A DNA stretch of 64,000 bases, taken from positions 224,001 to 288,000 of the forward strand of contig JAHHIM010000055.1 of the NCBI GenBank assembly GCA_019358915.1, read 5' to 3'. Made by a program: the position numbers and the translations under genes. Of this stretch, positions 28,907 to 38,858 are shown piece after piece. Origin of the DNA: Trichormus sp. ATA11-4-KO1. Lineage in GTDB: Bacteria; Cyanobacteriota; Cyanobacteriia; Cyanobacteriales; Nostocaceae. The notes beneath the pieces are model-generated. The model saw nothing but the letters and a program-made list of their open reading frames with translations, did no database searches and was not told where the DNA came from. Within the stretch, counting starts at the first letter, position 1, and each line of letters begins with the position of its first letter.

Positions 28907-30883
28907 ATGACAAACACCCAATCTGCGACTTCTTTATTATCTAATATCACAAAACGAGAAAGCCAAGAAATACAGCGTTTGGTAGATTACACCAACGTAG
29001 TTTCGCTACCAGAAATATGGCCATTGGCAGCAAAGCGATTTGGTGATATTGTTGCCCTTCACAATCCCCACGCGACACCAGAAGTAGTAATTACTTACGC
29101 CCAGCTAGCAGAGCAAATTAAACAATTTGCAGCTGGGTTGCAAGCATTAGGAGTAAAAGCAGGCGATCGCCTTTCTTTAATTGCTGACAACAGTCCTCGG
29201 TGGTTTATTGCCGATCAAGGCATGATGACGGCTGGAGCAGTCAATGCGGTGCGTAGTGCCCAAGCCGAAAGAGAAGAATTGCTGTTTATCATGGCTAATA
29301 GTGGCAGCACGGGGCTAGTAGTCCAAGATTTAAACACACTCAACAAACTCCAAGAGCGGCTGCATGAGCTACCAATTCAACTAATTATCTTACTTTCAGA
29401 TGAAACCCCATCACCAGAAGCCACCCCCAAGATACTGAATTTTTCTCAGTTGTTAGAAATTGGTGCTAATAACACTCTGATGCGGGTTCAGCAACAAGCC
29501 GATACCTTAGCTACTTTAATTTATACATCTGGCACTACGGGTAAACCCAAGGGTGTAATGCTTTCTCATAGCAATTTGCTGCACCAAGTCAAAACCCTGG
29601 GTACAGTAGTGCAACCACAACCAGGAGACATCATTCTCAGCATCCTGCCTTCTTGGCATAGCTACGAACGCAGTGGTGAGTATTTCTTGCTTTCTCAAGG
29701 TTGTACGCAAATTTATACTAACTTGCGTTCCGTTAAACAGGATTTAAAAGAATTTAAACCCCATTACATGATAGCTGTACCCCGCCTGTGGGAATCGATT
29801 TATGAAGGAGTACAAAAGCAGTTTCGCGAACAACCAGCGAAAAAGCAACGCCTGATTAACTTTTTACTGGGGACTAGTGAGAAATATATTAAAGCGCGAC
29901 GCATTGCCCAAGGGTTGAGTTTAGATCATCTTCATGCTTCAGGTATCGAGCGATTCACCGCGAAAATCCTAGAATCCGCCTTATTTCCTTTCCACGCACT
30001 GGGAGAACGCCTAGTTTACGCCAAGGTACGAGAAGCAACAGGAGGACGCATCAAGCAAGTTATTACCGGTGGTGGGGCGCTACCAAGGCACATAGATAAC
30101 TTTTTTGAAATTATTGGTGTAGAACTTTTACAGGGTTATGGTTTAACAGAAACTTCTCCTGTGACTAATGCGCGTCGTCCTTGGCATAATTTGCGTGGTT
30201 CATCTGGTCAGCCAATTCCCGGCACAGAAGTAAAAATTGTTGACCCTGAAACCAGAGTGCCTTTACCACCTGGAAAACGAGGCTTGGTACTATTAAAAGG
30301 TCCACAAATCATGCAAGGCTATTACCAAAATCCGGAAGCGACAGCCAAAGTAATTGATGCTGAAGGATGGTTTAATAGCGGCGATTTGGGTTGGGTAACA
30401 CCACAAAATGATTTGGTACTCACAGGTAGGGCAAAGGATACGATTGTCTTGACAAATGGAGAAAACATCGAGCCGCAGCCAATTGAAGATGCTTGTTTGC
30501 GATCGCCTTACATTGACCAGATTATGCTCGTCGGACAAGACCAGCGCAGCCTTGGTGCTTTGATTGTCCCCAATGTCGAAGCCCTAGAAAAATGGGCAGA
30601 AAGTCAAAATCTGCAACTACATCTATCAGCAGAAAGCCCCTCAGCCCCCAGCAAATCCATCGATCTGGAGAGTAAAATGATCCAGGACTTGTTTCGGCAA
30701 GAATTGAATCGGGAAGTGCAAAATCGTCCAGGTTACCGCCCGGATGACCGTATTGGGCCCTTCAGGCTAATTCTAGAGCCGTTTTCCATAGAAAATGGCT
30801 TGATGACACAAACGCTGAAAATCCGGCGGCACGTGGTCGCGGAACGCTATCGCGATATTATTGACGGAATGTTTACCCGATAA
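28907..30883 (+). CDS. aas: Acyl-ACP synthetase / long-chain fatty acid ligase
   Basis: YTSGTTGKPKG, GYGLTE, GRAKDTIVL; upstream of ylqD as is common in cyanobacteria. Confidence 0.9.
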   Translation: MTNTQSATSLLSNITKRESQEIQRLVDYTNVVSLPEIWPLAAKRFGDIVALHNPHATPEVVITYAQLAEQIKQFAAGLQALGVKAGDRLSLIADNSPRWFIADQGMMTAGAVNAVRSAQAEREELLFIMANSGSTGLVVQDLNTLNKLQERLHELPIQLIILLSDETPSPEATPKILNFSQLLEIGANNTLMRVQQQADTLATLIYTSGTTGKPKGVMLSHSNLLHQVKTLGTVVQPQPGDIILSILPSWHSYERSGEYFLLSQGCTQIYTNLRSVKQDLKEFKPHYMIAVPRLWESIYEGVQKQFREQPAKKQRLINFLLGTSEKYIKARRIAQGLSLDHLHASGIERFTAKILESALFPFHALGERLVYAKVREATGGRIKQVITGGGALPRHIDNFFEIIGVELLQGYGLTETSPVTNARRPWHNLRGSSGQPIPGTEVKIVDPETRVPLPPGKRGLVLLKGPQIMQGYYQNPEATAKVIDAEGWFNSGDLGWVTPQNDLVLTGRAKDTIVLTNGENIEPQPIEDACLRSPYIDQIMLVGQDQRSLGALIVPNVEALEKWAESQNLQLHLSAESPSAPSKSIDLESKMIQDLFRQELNREVQNRPGYRPDDRIGPFRLILEPFSIENGLMTQTLKIRRHVVAERYRDIIDGMFTR

Positions 30884-30923
30884 GCATTCCACCTGCTAAC
30901 TATAGAGTGAACGTGAAACTTTT

Positions 30924-31373
30924 ATGGATGTCTCCAACCCTCAATTGCTTCTGAAGCGCGTCGTTAATGTCAAAGTCATTGTCACTCCCCTCTGGAAAGA
31001 GGAAGTGCAACAGCAACTGCAAGCGCAGATCAATCAAAGTGACCAGCAGCTGCAACAGCTCGATGTCGAAGGACAAAGAGCGATCGCGGCTATTCAAAAG
31101 CAGAGTCTACAACCGCCAGGCCCACAGACCCTGCAACAAATTGACAATATCCAACTCCAAGTTAATCAAAAGAAAAGTGAACTGCTAGAGCAAAAAAATC
31201 AATTGCTGCAAAACCTCCAGCAAGTACAGTTTCTTGAGTTGGATCAAGAAGTTAATCAATTCCAAATGGAAGGCTTTTTCCGAGTTGAAAAGGGTGATAA
31301 CTTGATTAGCAAAATGCAAGTCGAAATCGTGCTGCGTGATGGCGTTGTCGAAGACATTCGCGGCGACGTTTAA
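30924..31373 (+). CDS. YlqD family protein
   Basis: LKRVVNVKVIVTPLWKEE, Gln-rich coil, EIVLRDGVV. Confidence 0.88.
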   Translation: MDVSNPQLLLKRVVNVKVIVTPLWKEEVQQQLQAQINQSDQQLQQLDVEGQRAIAAIQKQSLQPPGPQTLQQIDNIQLQVNQKKSELLEQKNQLLQNLQQVQFLELDQEVNQFQMEGFFRVEKGDNLISKMQVEIVLRDGVVEDIRGDV

Positions 31374-31901
31374 CTACTGACAGCTTTGAGTTAACTGTTT
31401 GTGGGGGCGACTCCCAGTGCGACATTGTATCTGGGAGCCAGCCCAAACAATTTGCCACACCGGAGGTGAGCTAACTAAAAGCGATCGCCCAAAGGTTGTC
31501 ATCTCCACTCGATACTTAATTACATCAACTACACCATCATCCGGTGGGATGTGCGTAATTTTTACTAAAGCTTGATTTTGTTGGGGATAAACTACCTCTA
31601 TTTTAGGCTTTTCTCCTACTGATACTTGATCAGCAAAGGCATTCAAGGCGAGGGTAGCAGGATCGCTACCTTGAAGAGCAGATTTAATACTTTCTAGTGG
31701 TATGGTTTGATATTTCTCACGCTCAGGGTAAGCTGCAATATCTTGAGCATGTTGCACAGTTGAGAATTGTTGCGGTTGCTCATTGCTATTATCTAAAACT
31801 GTTGTAGATGTTTGGTGCTGGGTGATATAAAAACCAGCACCAGCAGTGGCAAAGATGCTCAATACCAAAATTAAAAAAAATTTCCACTTGATCGAAATCA
31901 T
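31374..31901 (-). CDS. Hypothetical exported protein
   Basis: 175 aa, N-terminal hydrophobic segment, WQIVWAG..CR motif. Confidence 0.7.
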   Translation of the reverse strand: MISIKWKFFLILVLSIFATAGAGFYITQHQTSTTVLDNSNEQPQQFSTVQHAQDIAAYPEREKYQTIPLESIKSALQGSDPATLALNAFADQVSVGEKPKIEVVYPQQNQALVKITHIPPDDGVVDVIKYRVEMTTFGRSLLVSSPPVWQIVWAGSQIQCRTGSRPHKQLTQSCQ

Positions 31902-32211
31902 AAAATTAAATAGGTGACAGGTTACAGGTTACAGGTTACAGATATACCTCCTGTACCCTGTCACCTATCCCTTATTCCCTAAGTTTCATGCAATAACGAC
32001 AAACTATTGACAGTTGTCATATATCATAGACTTTTACGTCAGCTTGAGGTTCCTATGGTCATTGGCCAAGCGATGTGGGATTTGTCAACCATCACCGCAT
32101 CCCTCCCGACCCAAAATAGAAATGAGCAATTCTAAAACTCCTCAGCCGAGATACAATTCGATCTGGCAAAAGCTGTTAAAGTCCATAAACCATTGATTCT
32201 GAAACCACCAT

Positions 32212-33498
32212 ATGAGCATTCACGAAGTATTTATGCCGGCGCTTAGTTCCACCATGACCGAAGGCAAAATCGTCTCCTGGGTGAAATCGCCAGGCGACAA
32301 AGTGGAGAAAGGCGAAACCGTGGTGGTTGTCGAGTCAGATAAGGCAGATATGGATGTGGAATCCTTTTATGAAGGATATCTGGCCCACATCATAGTGGAA
32401 GCTGGTGATACGGCACCTGTGGGGTCGGCGATCGCCTACGTAGCAGAAACAGAAGCCGAAATCGCTACCGCCAAGTCTTTGGCTAACTCCGGTGGTGCTG
32501 CGGCTACTCCTACCTCTGCTCCCGAACCAGTAGCAACCGCTTCAGTGGAAATGCCTGCCTTGGCTACTCAAAATGGTTCTAACCACCGCGAAGGCAGACT
32601 TGTCGTTTCACCTCGCGCCCGTAAGTTAGCGAAAGAACTCAAAGTTGATTTAACTACTCTTAAAGGTAGTGGCCCCTATGGTCGCATCGTGGCTGAAGAT
32701 GTAGAAGCTGTGGTCAGTAAAGGCAAGCAACCCGCAGCTACACCAACACCAGCACCTACTACCACCGCAGTTACACCCCTACCACCTGCGACAATAACAC
32801 CAGCACCAGCCATCACAGCTGTTCCTGGTAAAACAGTGCCTTTAACTACCTTCCAAAATGCCGTCGTGCGGAATATGGTAGCTAGTCTATCTGTACCAGT
32901 CTTCCGCGTAGGTTACACAATTACCACCGATGGATTAGATCAACTTTACAAACAAATTAAATCCAAAGGAGTGACGATGACAGCGCTACTGGCGAAAGCC
33001 GTAGCGGTGACGTTACAAAAACATCAATTATTAAATGCCAGTTATTCAGAGTCAGGAATCGTCTATCATTCTGGCATCAACGTTGCTGTAGCCGTAGCTA
33101 TGGATGACGGAGGATTAATTACACCAGTGTTGCAGAATGCAGACATGGTAGATATTTATTCTCTATCCCGCACTTGGAAATCTTTAGTAGAACGCGCGCG
33201 CGCCAAACAACTGCAACCCGAAGAATACAACAGTGGTACTTTTACCTTGTCGAACTTGGGAATGTTTGGTGTAGACAAATTTGATGCCATTTTGCCACCT
33301 GGGCAAGGTTCAATTTTAGCGATTGGTGCATCCCGCCCCCAAGTTGTAGCCACCAGCGACGGTTTATTTGGCGTGCGGCAGCAAATGCAGGTAAATATTA
33401 CTTGTGATCACCGGATTATTTATGGTGCCCATGCTGCGGCATTCTTACAAGATTTAGCAAAATTGATTGAGACTAATCCTCAATCTTTAACAATGTAG
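32212..33498 (+). CDS. pdhC: Pyruvate dehydrogenase E2 dihydrolipoamide acetyltransferase
   Basis: ESDKADM lipoyl, SPRARKLA E3-binding, DHRIIYG catalytic. Confidence 0.96.
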   Translation: MSIHEVFMPALSSTMTEGKIVSWVKSPGDKVEKGETVVVVESDKADMDVESFYEGYLAHIIVEAGDTAPVGSAIAYVAETEAEIATAKSLANSGGAAATPTSAPEPVATASVEMPALATQNGSNHREGRLVVSPRARKLAKELKVDLTTLKGSGPYGRIVAEDVEAVVSKGKQPAATPTPAPTTTAVTPLPPATITPAPAITAVPGKTVPLTTFQNAVVRNMVASLSVPVFRVGYTITTDGLDQLYKQIKSKGVTMTALLAKAVAVTLQKHQLLNASYSESGIVYHSGINVAVAVAMDDGGLITPVLQNADMVDIYSLSRTWKSLVERARAKQLQPEEYNSGTFTLSNLGMFGVDKFDAILPPGQGSILAIGASRPQVVATSDGLFGVRQQMQVNITCDHRIIYGAHAAAFLQDLAKLIETNPQSLTM

Positions 33499-33533
33499 TG
33501 GGAAATGGGGCATGGGGCATTGTTTTCGCGTCC

Positions 33534-33998
33534 CTACTCCCCACTCCCTACTCCCTCGGCTCGTTCCCGTGCCAAACTATCAATAGCATCACCCAAGGCG
33601 GTAGTTAAATTTTGTCGAGTTTGGGCATGATTGTCTTGCTCAGTTTTTAATGCTTGCAACAGGCGATCGCGTTCTTTCATAATTGCAATTAACTTGGCTT
33701 GCAAGTCTTCTATCGATTGGATTTGTTGAATTTCTTCCTGGGCATCTGTTTTGGCTTTGCCGTCAACGAGTATACCTGATTCCAGTCCCTTGAGTTGATG
33801 AATCTCGGCTTTGAGGGATGCGATCGCTTGCTGGGCTAAATGAGCATCTGTACGGCGTTGTTCTGCTTCTGTATTATAGAGTTTACGCCATTTTTCGGCA
33901 CTTTCCCAAGCAGCATCGCGATCGCGCTGCTGTTCTATCAGCTGTTGTTTGAGTGTCTGAATCTCTGCCAACCACTGTTGTGTTAAGTCTTGACTCAT
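33534..33998 (-). CDS. Conserved coiled-coil hypothetical protein
   Basis: 154 aa heptad-rich, WRKLYNTEAEQRR. Confidence 0.75.
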   Translation of the reverse strand: MSQDLTQQWLAEIQTLKQQLIEQQRDRDAAWESAEKWRKLYNTEAEQRRTDAHLAQQAIASLKAEIHQLKGLESGILVDGKAKTDAQEEIQQIQSIEDLQAKLIAIMKERDRLLQALKTEQDNHAQTRQNLTTALGDAIDSLARERAEGVGSGE

Positions 33999-34104
33999 AA
34001 AAAGTTCTTTTGTATCAATTTGACTTACCTGCTCTCAAATTTTATTGTGTATGACATTCGGCAACTTAGTATTTAATCAATTGAGTCGTATTAGCACTTA
34101 ATCT

Positions 34105-35865
34105 ATGTTTAGACACTGGTTTGCTAAAAACTTGGGAGTTGGTCAAGCGCGTAAAGAGCAAGTATATCTGGAAATATGCAGCTCACTCAGCCTTGACGAT
34201 GTTAGCTATTGGATTCAAGTTTTGTTTGCGGCTGGTATTGCTACCCTCGGACTAGTCTTAAATAGTCCAGCTGTGATTATTGGTGCGATGCTCATTTCTC
34301 CCTTGATGGGAGGAATTCTTGCCAACGGATTGGCGCTGGCTGCGGGTGATGTGATCTTAGCGATGCGGGCACTTCTTAATCTTTTTTTAAGTTGCTTTGT
34401 GGCCATTTCTTTTGCTGTGATACTTGTGTCTTTGCTGCCATTTAAGGAAATGACTAGTGAAATTTTAGCCCGGACTCGACCCAATATCCTGGATTTGGTA
34501 GTGGCTCTATTTTCTGGTGCTGTGGGTTCAGTGGCAATTTGTAAAGAACCCAAAGGTGTGGCAACTTCAATTCCTGGTGTAGCGATCGCAGTAGCTTTAA
34601 TGCCGCCATTATGCGTTGTCGGCTACGGTATTGGGGTAGCTATCAGCTTAAATTCTGTGAAAGGGCTACAGGTAGCTAGTGGTGGTGGCTTACTCTTTTT
34701 TACCAACTTGGTGGCGATTACATTCACTGCCATGTTGGTTTTTCTTAGTCTGCATATTGATAATTATCAGGTGAAAGAAAAAGTTAAAGAATGGCGAGCA
34801 ACACATCAAGAAAGTATCTGGATGCAGAAAGTATTAGAGAAACTACCTGCTTACGGCAAACTCAGAAGAATTGGCTCGCTTCCTGGTCGGTTATTATTAA
34901 TTTTTATTACCATTGGGGCAATTATTTTCCCACTCAATCGCTCTTTGAGCCAACTCGGACGAGAAATTTCCCTACAGCAACAAGAAAATCGTATCCGTAG
35001 TTCAGCTACAGATGTGTGGCAGAAAAATTTTGCTACCTTTGCTGATGGTGAACCACGTTCTTACATCAGTAATATCTCGACTTTAGAACAAAATAAGAAG
35101 TTGACAGTTCAACTCCAGGTTTTTACCAGTAGGCAATACACCCCAGAAGAACAGAATAGTTACATTCAACAATTAGCCTCTCGTCTGAGAAGACCGCCTG
35201 AATTATTAGCACTGAAACTGATTGAAATTCCCACCGCGTCCAGTGAACTTTTGCGCCCGGTTCCTGATGAAAAACCTCCTGAACCAGTAATTACAATCGC
35301 GCAGTTGCAATCAAGTTTTCTGCAAGAAGTTCAATCTGTCTTGGGTGATTTGCAACTACCCCAGCCAGCACAGATGATTAATTATGAGTTAATCACTAGT
35401 CCCGTTGCCCCCTTGAGCATCCGTTTGGTTTATTTGAGTGAACGTGACATTGATAGAGATGCCCAAACTTTGCTCGCTGATAACGTTAGGACTAGGCTAG
35501 ATTTTCAGTCTGCTAGAGTCAGTATGCAAAGAATAGCCAGTTCTTTGGGAAATATTACTTTTGATAATGAGGAATCAGTAATTACGCCGGATGGTACGCA
35601 GCTCTTAGATAGTGCTGCTCAGATTTTACGACAACAGCCTAATTTAAGGCTGGAGATGATCGTTAACCAGCAAGAAAACGAGCCAGCAGAGATAATTCAA
35701 GAGCGATCGCAAGCTCTTACAGAATATCTACAATCAAAGTGGCAAATCGGCAGTGACCAAATAGCACTGCAAAGCGGCACAGAGTCTCAACCTAGCGCCA
35801 TACTGCAACTTACAGTCAAGTCCCGTAGCAATCCACCAGTGGCAACTATGCCTGAATCACGGTAA
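34105..35865 (+). CDS. DUF389 membrane protein with C-terminal OmpA-like domain
   Basis: AVIIGAMLISPLM, PGVAIAVALMPPL; C-term ITFD..LLDSAAQILRQQPNL..ERS. Confidence 0.82.
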   Translation: MFRHWFAKNLGVGQARKEQVYLEICSSLSLDDVSYWIQVLFAAGIATLGLVLNSPAVIIGAMLISPLMGGILANGLALAAGDVILAMRALLNLFLSCFVAISFAVILVSLLPFKEMTSEILARTRPNILDLVVALFSGAVGSVAICKEPKGVATSIPGVAIAVALMPPLCVVGYGIGVAISLNSVKGLQVASGGGLLFFTNLVAITFTAMLVFLSLHIDNYQVKEKVKEWRATHQESIWMQKVLEKLPAYGKLRRIGSLPGRLLLIFITIGAIIFPLNRSLSQLGREISLQQQENRIRSSATDVWQKNFATFADGEPRSYISNISTLEQNKKLTVQLQVFTSRQYTPEEQNSYIQQLASRLRRPPELLALKLIEIPTASSELLRPVPDEKPPEPVITIAQLQSSFLQEVQSVLGDLQLPQPAQMINYELITSPVAPLSIRLVYLSERDIDRDAQTLLADNVRTRLDFQSARVSMQRIASSLGNITFDNEESVITPDGTQLLDSAAQILRQQPNLRLEMIVNQQENEPAEIIQERSQALTEYLQSKWQIGSDQIALQSGTESQPSAILQLTVKSRSNPPVATMPESR

Positions 35866-36054
35866 TTTGATACATAGTTAGCACAAATACCTGGCGAACA
35901 GAATAGAGCCTCCGGATGCCGCTAGGCTGTACGCGGCTACATAAACACAGCCTGTATAACCTCTGGGAAGCCAAGGGTCTACTGGTGCGGACTTAGTTTG
36001 TGAGCTCTATTCAGTCTTAGGGCATTTTGCTGGTTCTTTTAACAAACTGCGACT

Positions 36055-36966
36055 ATGATTATGCCGAAGCCTCGTTTTGTCAGATTCTTTCGCCACTTGA
36101 ATGGGCGCGCACTGAAAAAAACTTTTACAAGGACAACCGAAAGGCGACTTTTAGGACTAGCCTCAGAAATTGCTTTTAATGCTATGCTGTCGCTGTTTCC
36201 GGCGATTATTGCTATTCTCACTGCCATCGGTTTATTTGAAGAATCTTTACAAGAAACCTTTAAACAGCTAGCGGCTCAACTTAGTCAAATTGCACCAGAA
36301 GAAGCTTTAATTCTGATTCGTGATTTTGCTGCGGCAGAAATTACCAAATCCAGAAACAGTGGTTTATTTTCTCTCAGTTTTGCGATCGCTATTTGGACGG
36401 CTTCTGGGGCAATCAGTACGGCAATGACTGCTTTTGATCAAATTCATCAAATTTCTTCAGACAAGAAGCGCCCTTTTTGGAAAGCCAAAGCTGTCTCCCT
36501 AGGATTAACCATCGGTACGATCTTACTATTTGTTTTGGCTTCCTTTTTAGTGTTTATCAGCGACTTACTGTTAGCAATGGCGGTAAATGAAAATGGTTCT
36601 TTAATTTTCTTGTTACATCTTTGGCAACTGTTGCGCTGGCCTTTAGCTTTAGGTATTATTGCCACCGCGTTTAGTTTTGTTTATCGCTATGGACCCAGCG
36701 TGTGGAATTCAGGTACGCCGATGTTGCCAGGAGCAATTTTAGCAGCTGTTTCTTGGGCAATTCTCTCAGCCTTATTTCGGACTTATGTAGCGAATTTCGG
36801 CAACTATAATAAAGTCTACGGAGCGGTGGGGACTGTGATAGTTTTGATGCTGTGGCTGTGGATGAGTGCTGCGGTTCTGCTGGTAGGTGACCAATTAAAC
36901 GTGACTGTTGGTGAAGAAATCCGGTCAAAAGCCGATAAAAACCAGCTTAACGAGCAAATAAGTTAA
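36055..36966 (+). CDS. YihY/BrkB family membrane protein
   Basis: LSLFP, YRYGP, YNKVYGAVG. Confidence 0.88.
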   Translation: MIMPKPRFVRFFRHLNGRALKKTFTRTTERRLLGLASEIAFNAMLSLFPAIIAILTAIGLFEESLQETFKQLAAQLSQIAPEEALILIRDFAAAEITKSRNSGLFSLSFAIAIWTASGAISTAMTAFDQIHQISSDKKRPFWKAKAVSLGLTIGTILLFVLASFLVFISDLLLAMAVNENGSLIFLLHLWQLLRWPLALGIIATAFSFVYRYGPSVWNSGTPMLPGAILAAVSWAILSALFRTYVANFGNYNKVYGAVGTVIVLMLWLWMSAAVLLVGDQLNVTVGEEIRSKADKNQLNEQIS

Positions 36967-37031
36967 GTAAATTAATCAATAAATTAGTATAGTGTCTATC
37001 TATAATTTACCTCAAACAAGCGATCGCCTGA

Positions 37032-37421
37032 ATGCCTGATTCTTCACGATTTTCTCGTATTGAGCCTGATGCTCAAGCAATCACATTGAAACGGCTGCGT
37101 CAGATTAGCCGCATCCTGGATAAAATCGTTACTATCCCCGGAACACCAATTCATATTGGTTTAGATCCAATTATCGGATTTATACCTATTGGTGGTGATT
37201 TTTTAGGATTCATGCTTTCTAGCTATATCATCATAGAAGCCGCAAGACTGGGTGTACCTAAAACTATTTTGGGTAGAATGCTTTTGAATGTGATTATCGA
37301 TAGCTTGGTAGGTACAATACCCGCAATAGGAGACTTATTTGATTTTGCTTGGACAGCAAATGAGTATAATATCAAGCTACTAGAAGAAAATTTACACTTT
37401 CCCTGTAGAAAAAAAGTATAG
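37032..37421 (+). CDS. DUF4112 protein
   Basis: IPGT..GLDPIIGFIPIGGD, GDLFD..AN. Confidence 0.85.
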   Translation: MPDSSRFSRIEPDAQAITLKRLRQISRILDKIVTIPGTPIHIGLDPIIGFIPIGGDFLGFMLSSYIIIEAARLGVPKTILGRMLLNVIIDSLVGTIPAIGDLFDFAWTANEYNIKLLEENLHFPCRKKV

Positions 37422-37551
37422 GCGCTTTATTTGTCTAGAAATTTTAGTTAACTTGTTTTCAAATACCATTGTCTTAATAGCATTCCCATGATACTAATTA
37501 GAATGCTATAAAAAGCTTTAACTGGCGTTTAAACGAGTTCTTTACAAAAGA

Positions 37552-38487
37552 ATGAAAGATTGGTGGCAGGCTACTTTCCCTCAAGGAAAGCAAAGTCTTA
37601 TTATTACTGATGCAAATGGATATCCTGTACAAATTGCTTACGGCGAAAAAGGTACAGGTAAGCCGTTAGTTTTATTACATGGCATGGGTAGCTGGAGCTA
37701 CAATTGGCGGCACAGCATTACCCCACTATCTAAATATTTTCGAGTAATTTGTTTTGATGCCAAGGGATACGGTTTTTCGGAAAAACCTTGGTTGCGTCGA
37801 GAACAAAACGGGCATCAAATTATTGAATTTGAACGAATTATTCAGGCATTATGTGATGAACCTGCCGTGGTTGTAGCTGAATCTTTAGGCGGATTAGTTG
37901 CTCTGGCACTTGCTCAAAAGAATCCTCAATTAATCGCGCGGTTAGTAGTTGTCAATACCCCTATTTTTACTGAACGCTTACCCCATTGGGCAATGTTGTT
38001 ACTTGCCCAAATACCTTTAGAAATCATCCAAACAATTGATACCTTGCGCTTGGCATATCTGTTAGCACCTTTAGTGAGAGAAGTGATGGCAATAGAAAGG
38101 CGTGGGGTACTGTTCGATCCATCAATATTGACACAAGAAGATGTGTATTGGCTAACTTACCCATTTATTGAGCTTCCTGGGACACTTGTAAAAGTCGCAG
38201 AAGAGTTACAAATAGCAGCGCGGGAAATTGAAAATTGGCAAGTCAATCAACCAAATATGCTCAGTCAAATTCAAAATAATCTAGGTGCTATTAATTGTCC
38301 CACACTGATTTTATGGGGTGATCAAGATAATTGGTTTCCTGTTAGTCATGGAAAAAAGTTACATCAATATATTCCGAATTCCAGGTTACAAATCTTGGCT
38401 AATTGTTGTCATGATGCCTCAACTGGTTCTTCAGAGGTATTAAATAAAAGTATTCTGGAGTTTTTGCAGGATACCAATTTCTTTTAG
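37552..38487 (+). CDS. Alpha/beta hydrolase
   Basis: LLHG, DAKGYG, AESLGG nucleophile, WGDQD, CCHD. Confidence 0.88.
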   Translation: MKDWWQATFPQGKQSLIITDANGYPVQIAYGEKGTGKPLVLLHGMGSWSYNWRHSITPLSKYFRVICFDAKGYGFSEKPWLRREQNGHQIIEFERIIQALCDEPAVVVAESLGGLVALALAQKNPQLIARLVVVNTPIFTERLPHWAMLLLAQIPLEIIQTIDTLRLAYLLAPLVREVMAIERRGVLFDPSILTQEDVYWLTYPFIELPGTLVKVAEELQIAAREIENWQVNQPNMLSQIQNNLGAINCPTLILWGDQDNWFPVSHGKKLHQYIPNSRLQILANCCHDASTGSSEVLNKSILEFLQDTNFF

Positions 38488-38620
38488 TCTAATAACTAAT
38501 TGTTACATTATTGTTGATTGGCTTCTCCCCTGCAAGGAGGAGCCACTGCGTTGCGCGGGTTCCCCTCATTGTAGCAAGTGGCGTTAGAGGCTTTGAAACG
38601 AAGGCAGGAGGCAGAGGGCA

Positions 38621-38762
38621 GTCCCAATGAAACGAGTTTCACAGCCAAGTATGAAAGAGGGACTAGGGACTGGGGAACTCGGTGCCCCCTCTGGGGATAA
38701 GGGGCAATGGGGACTGGGATTTTTACTCAGCACTCAGCACTTAGCACTCAGCACTTTCAAGT
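38621..38762 (+). mobile_element. Dispersed element copy 1 with 9-bp flanking duplication CAGAGGGCA
   Basis: Same ends as 51110-51214. Confidence 0.65.
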
Positions 38763-38858
38763 CAGAGGGCATTCGGGAAGAATTTGATGGGGGATTCAAA
38801 CCCCCACCAAATAAGTGCCACTGAATCATCTCTCTCTAACAATGCTATTGGTCTTAAT

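Noticed and set aside
38627..38824. 65-aa ORF (and similar ORFs at 17924, 40004, 51313)
   Set aside because: Composed largely of dispersed repeat sequence
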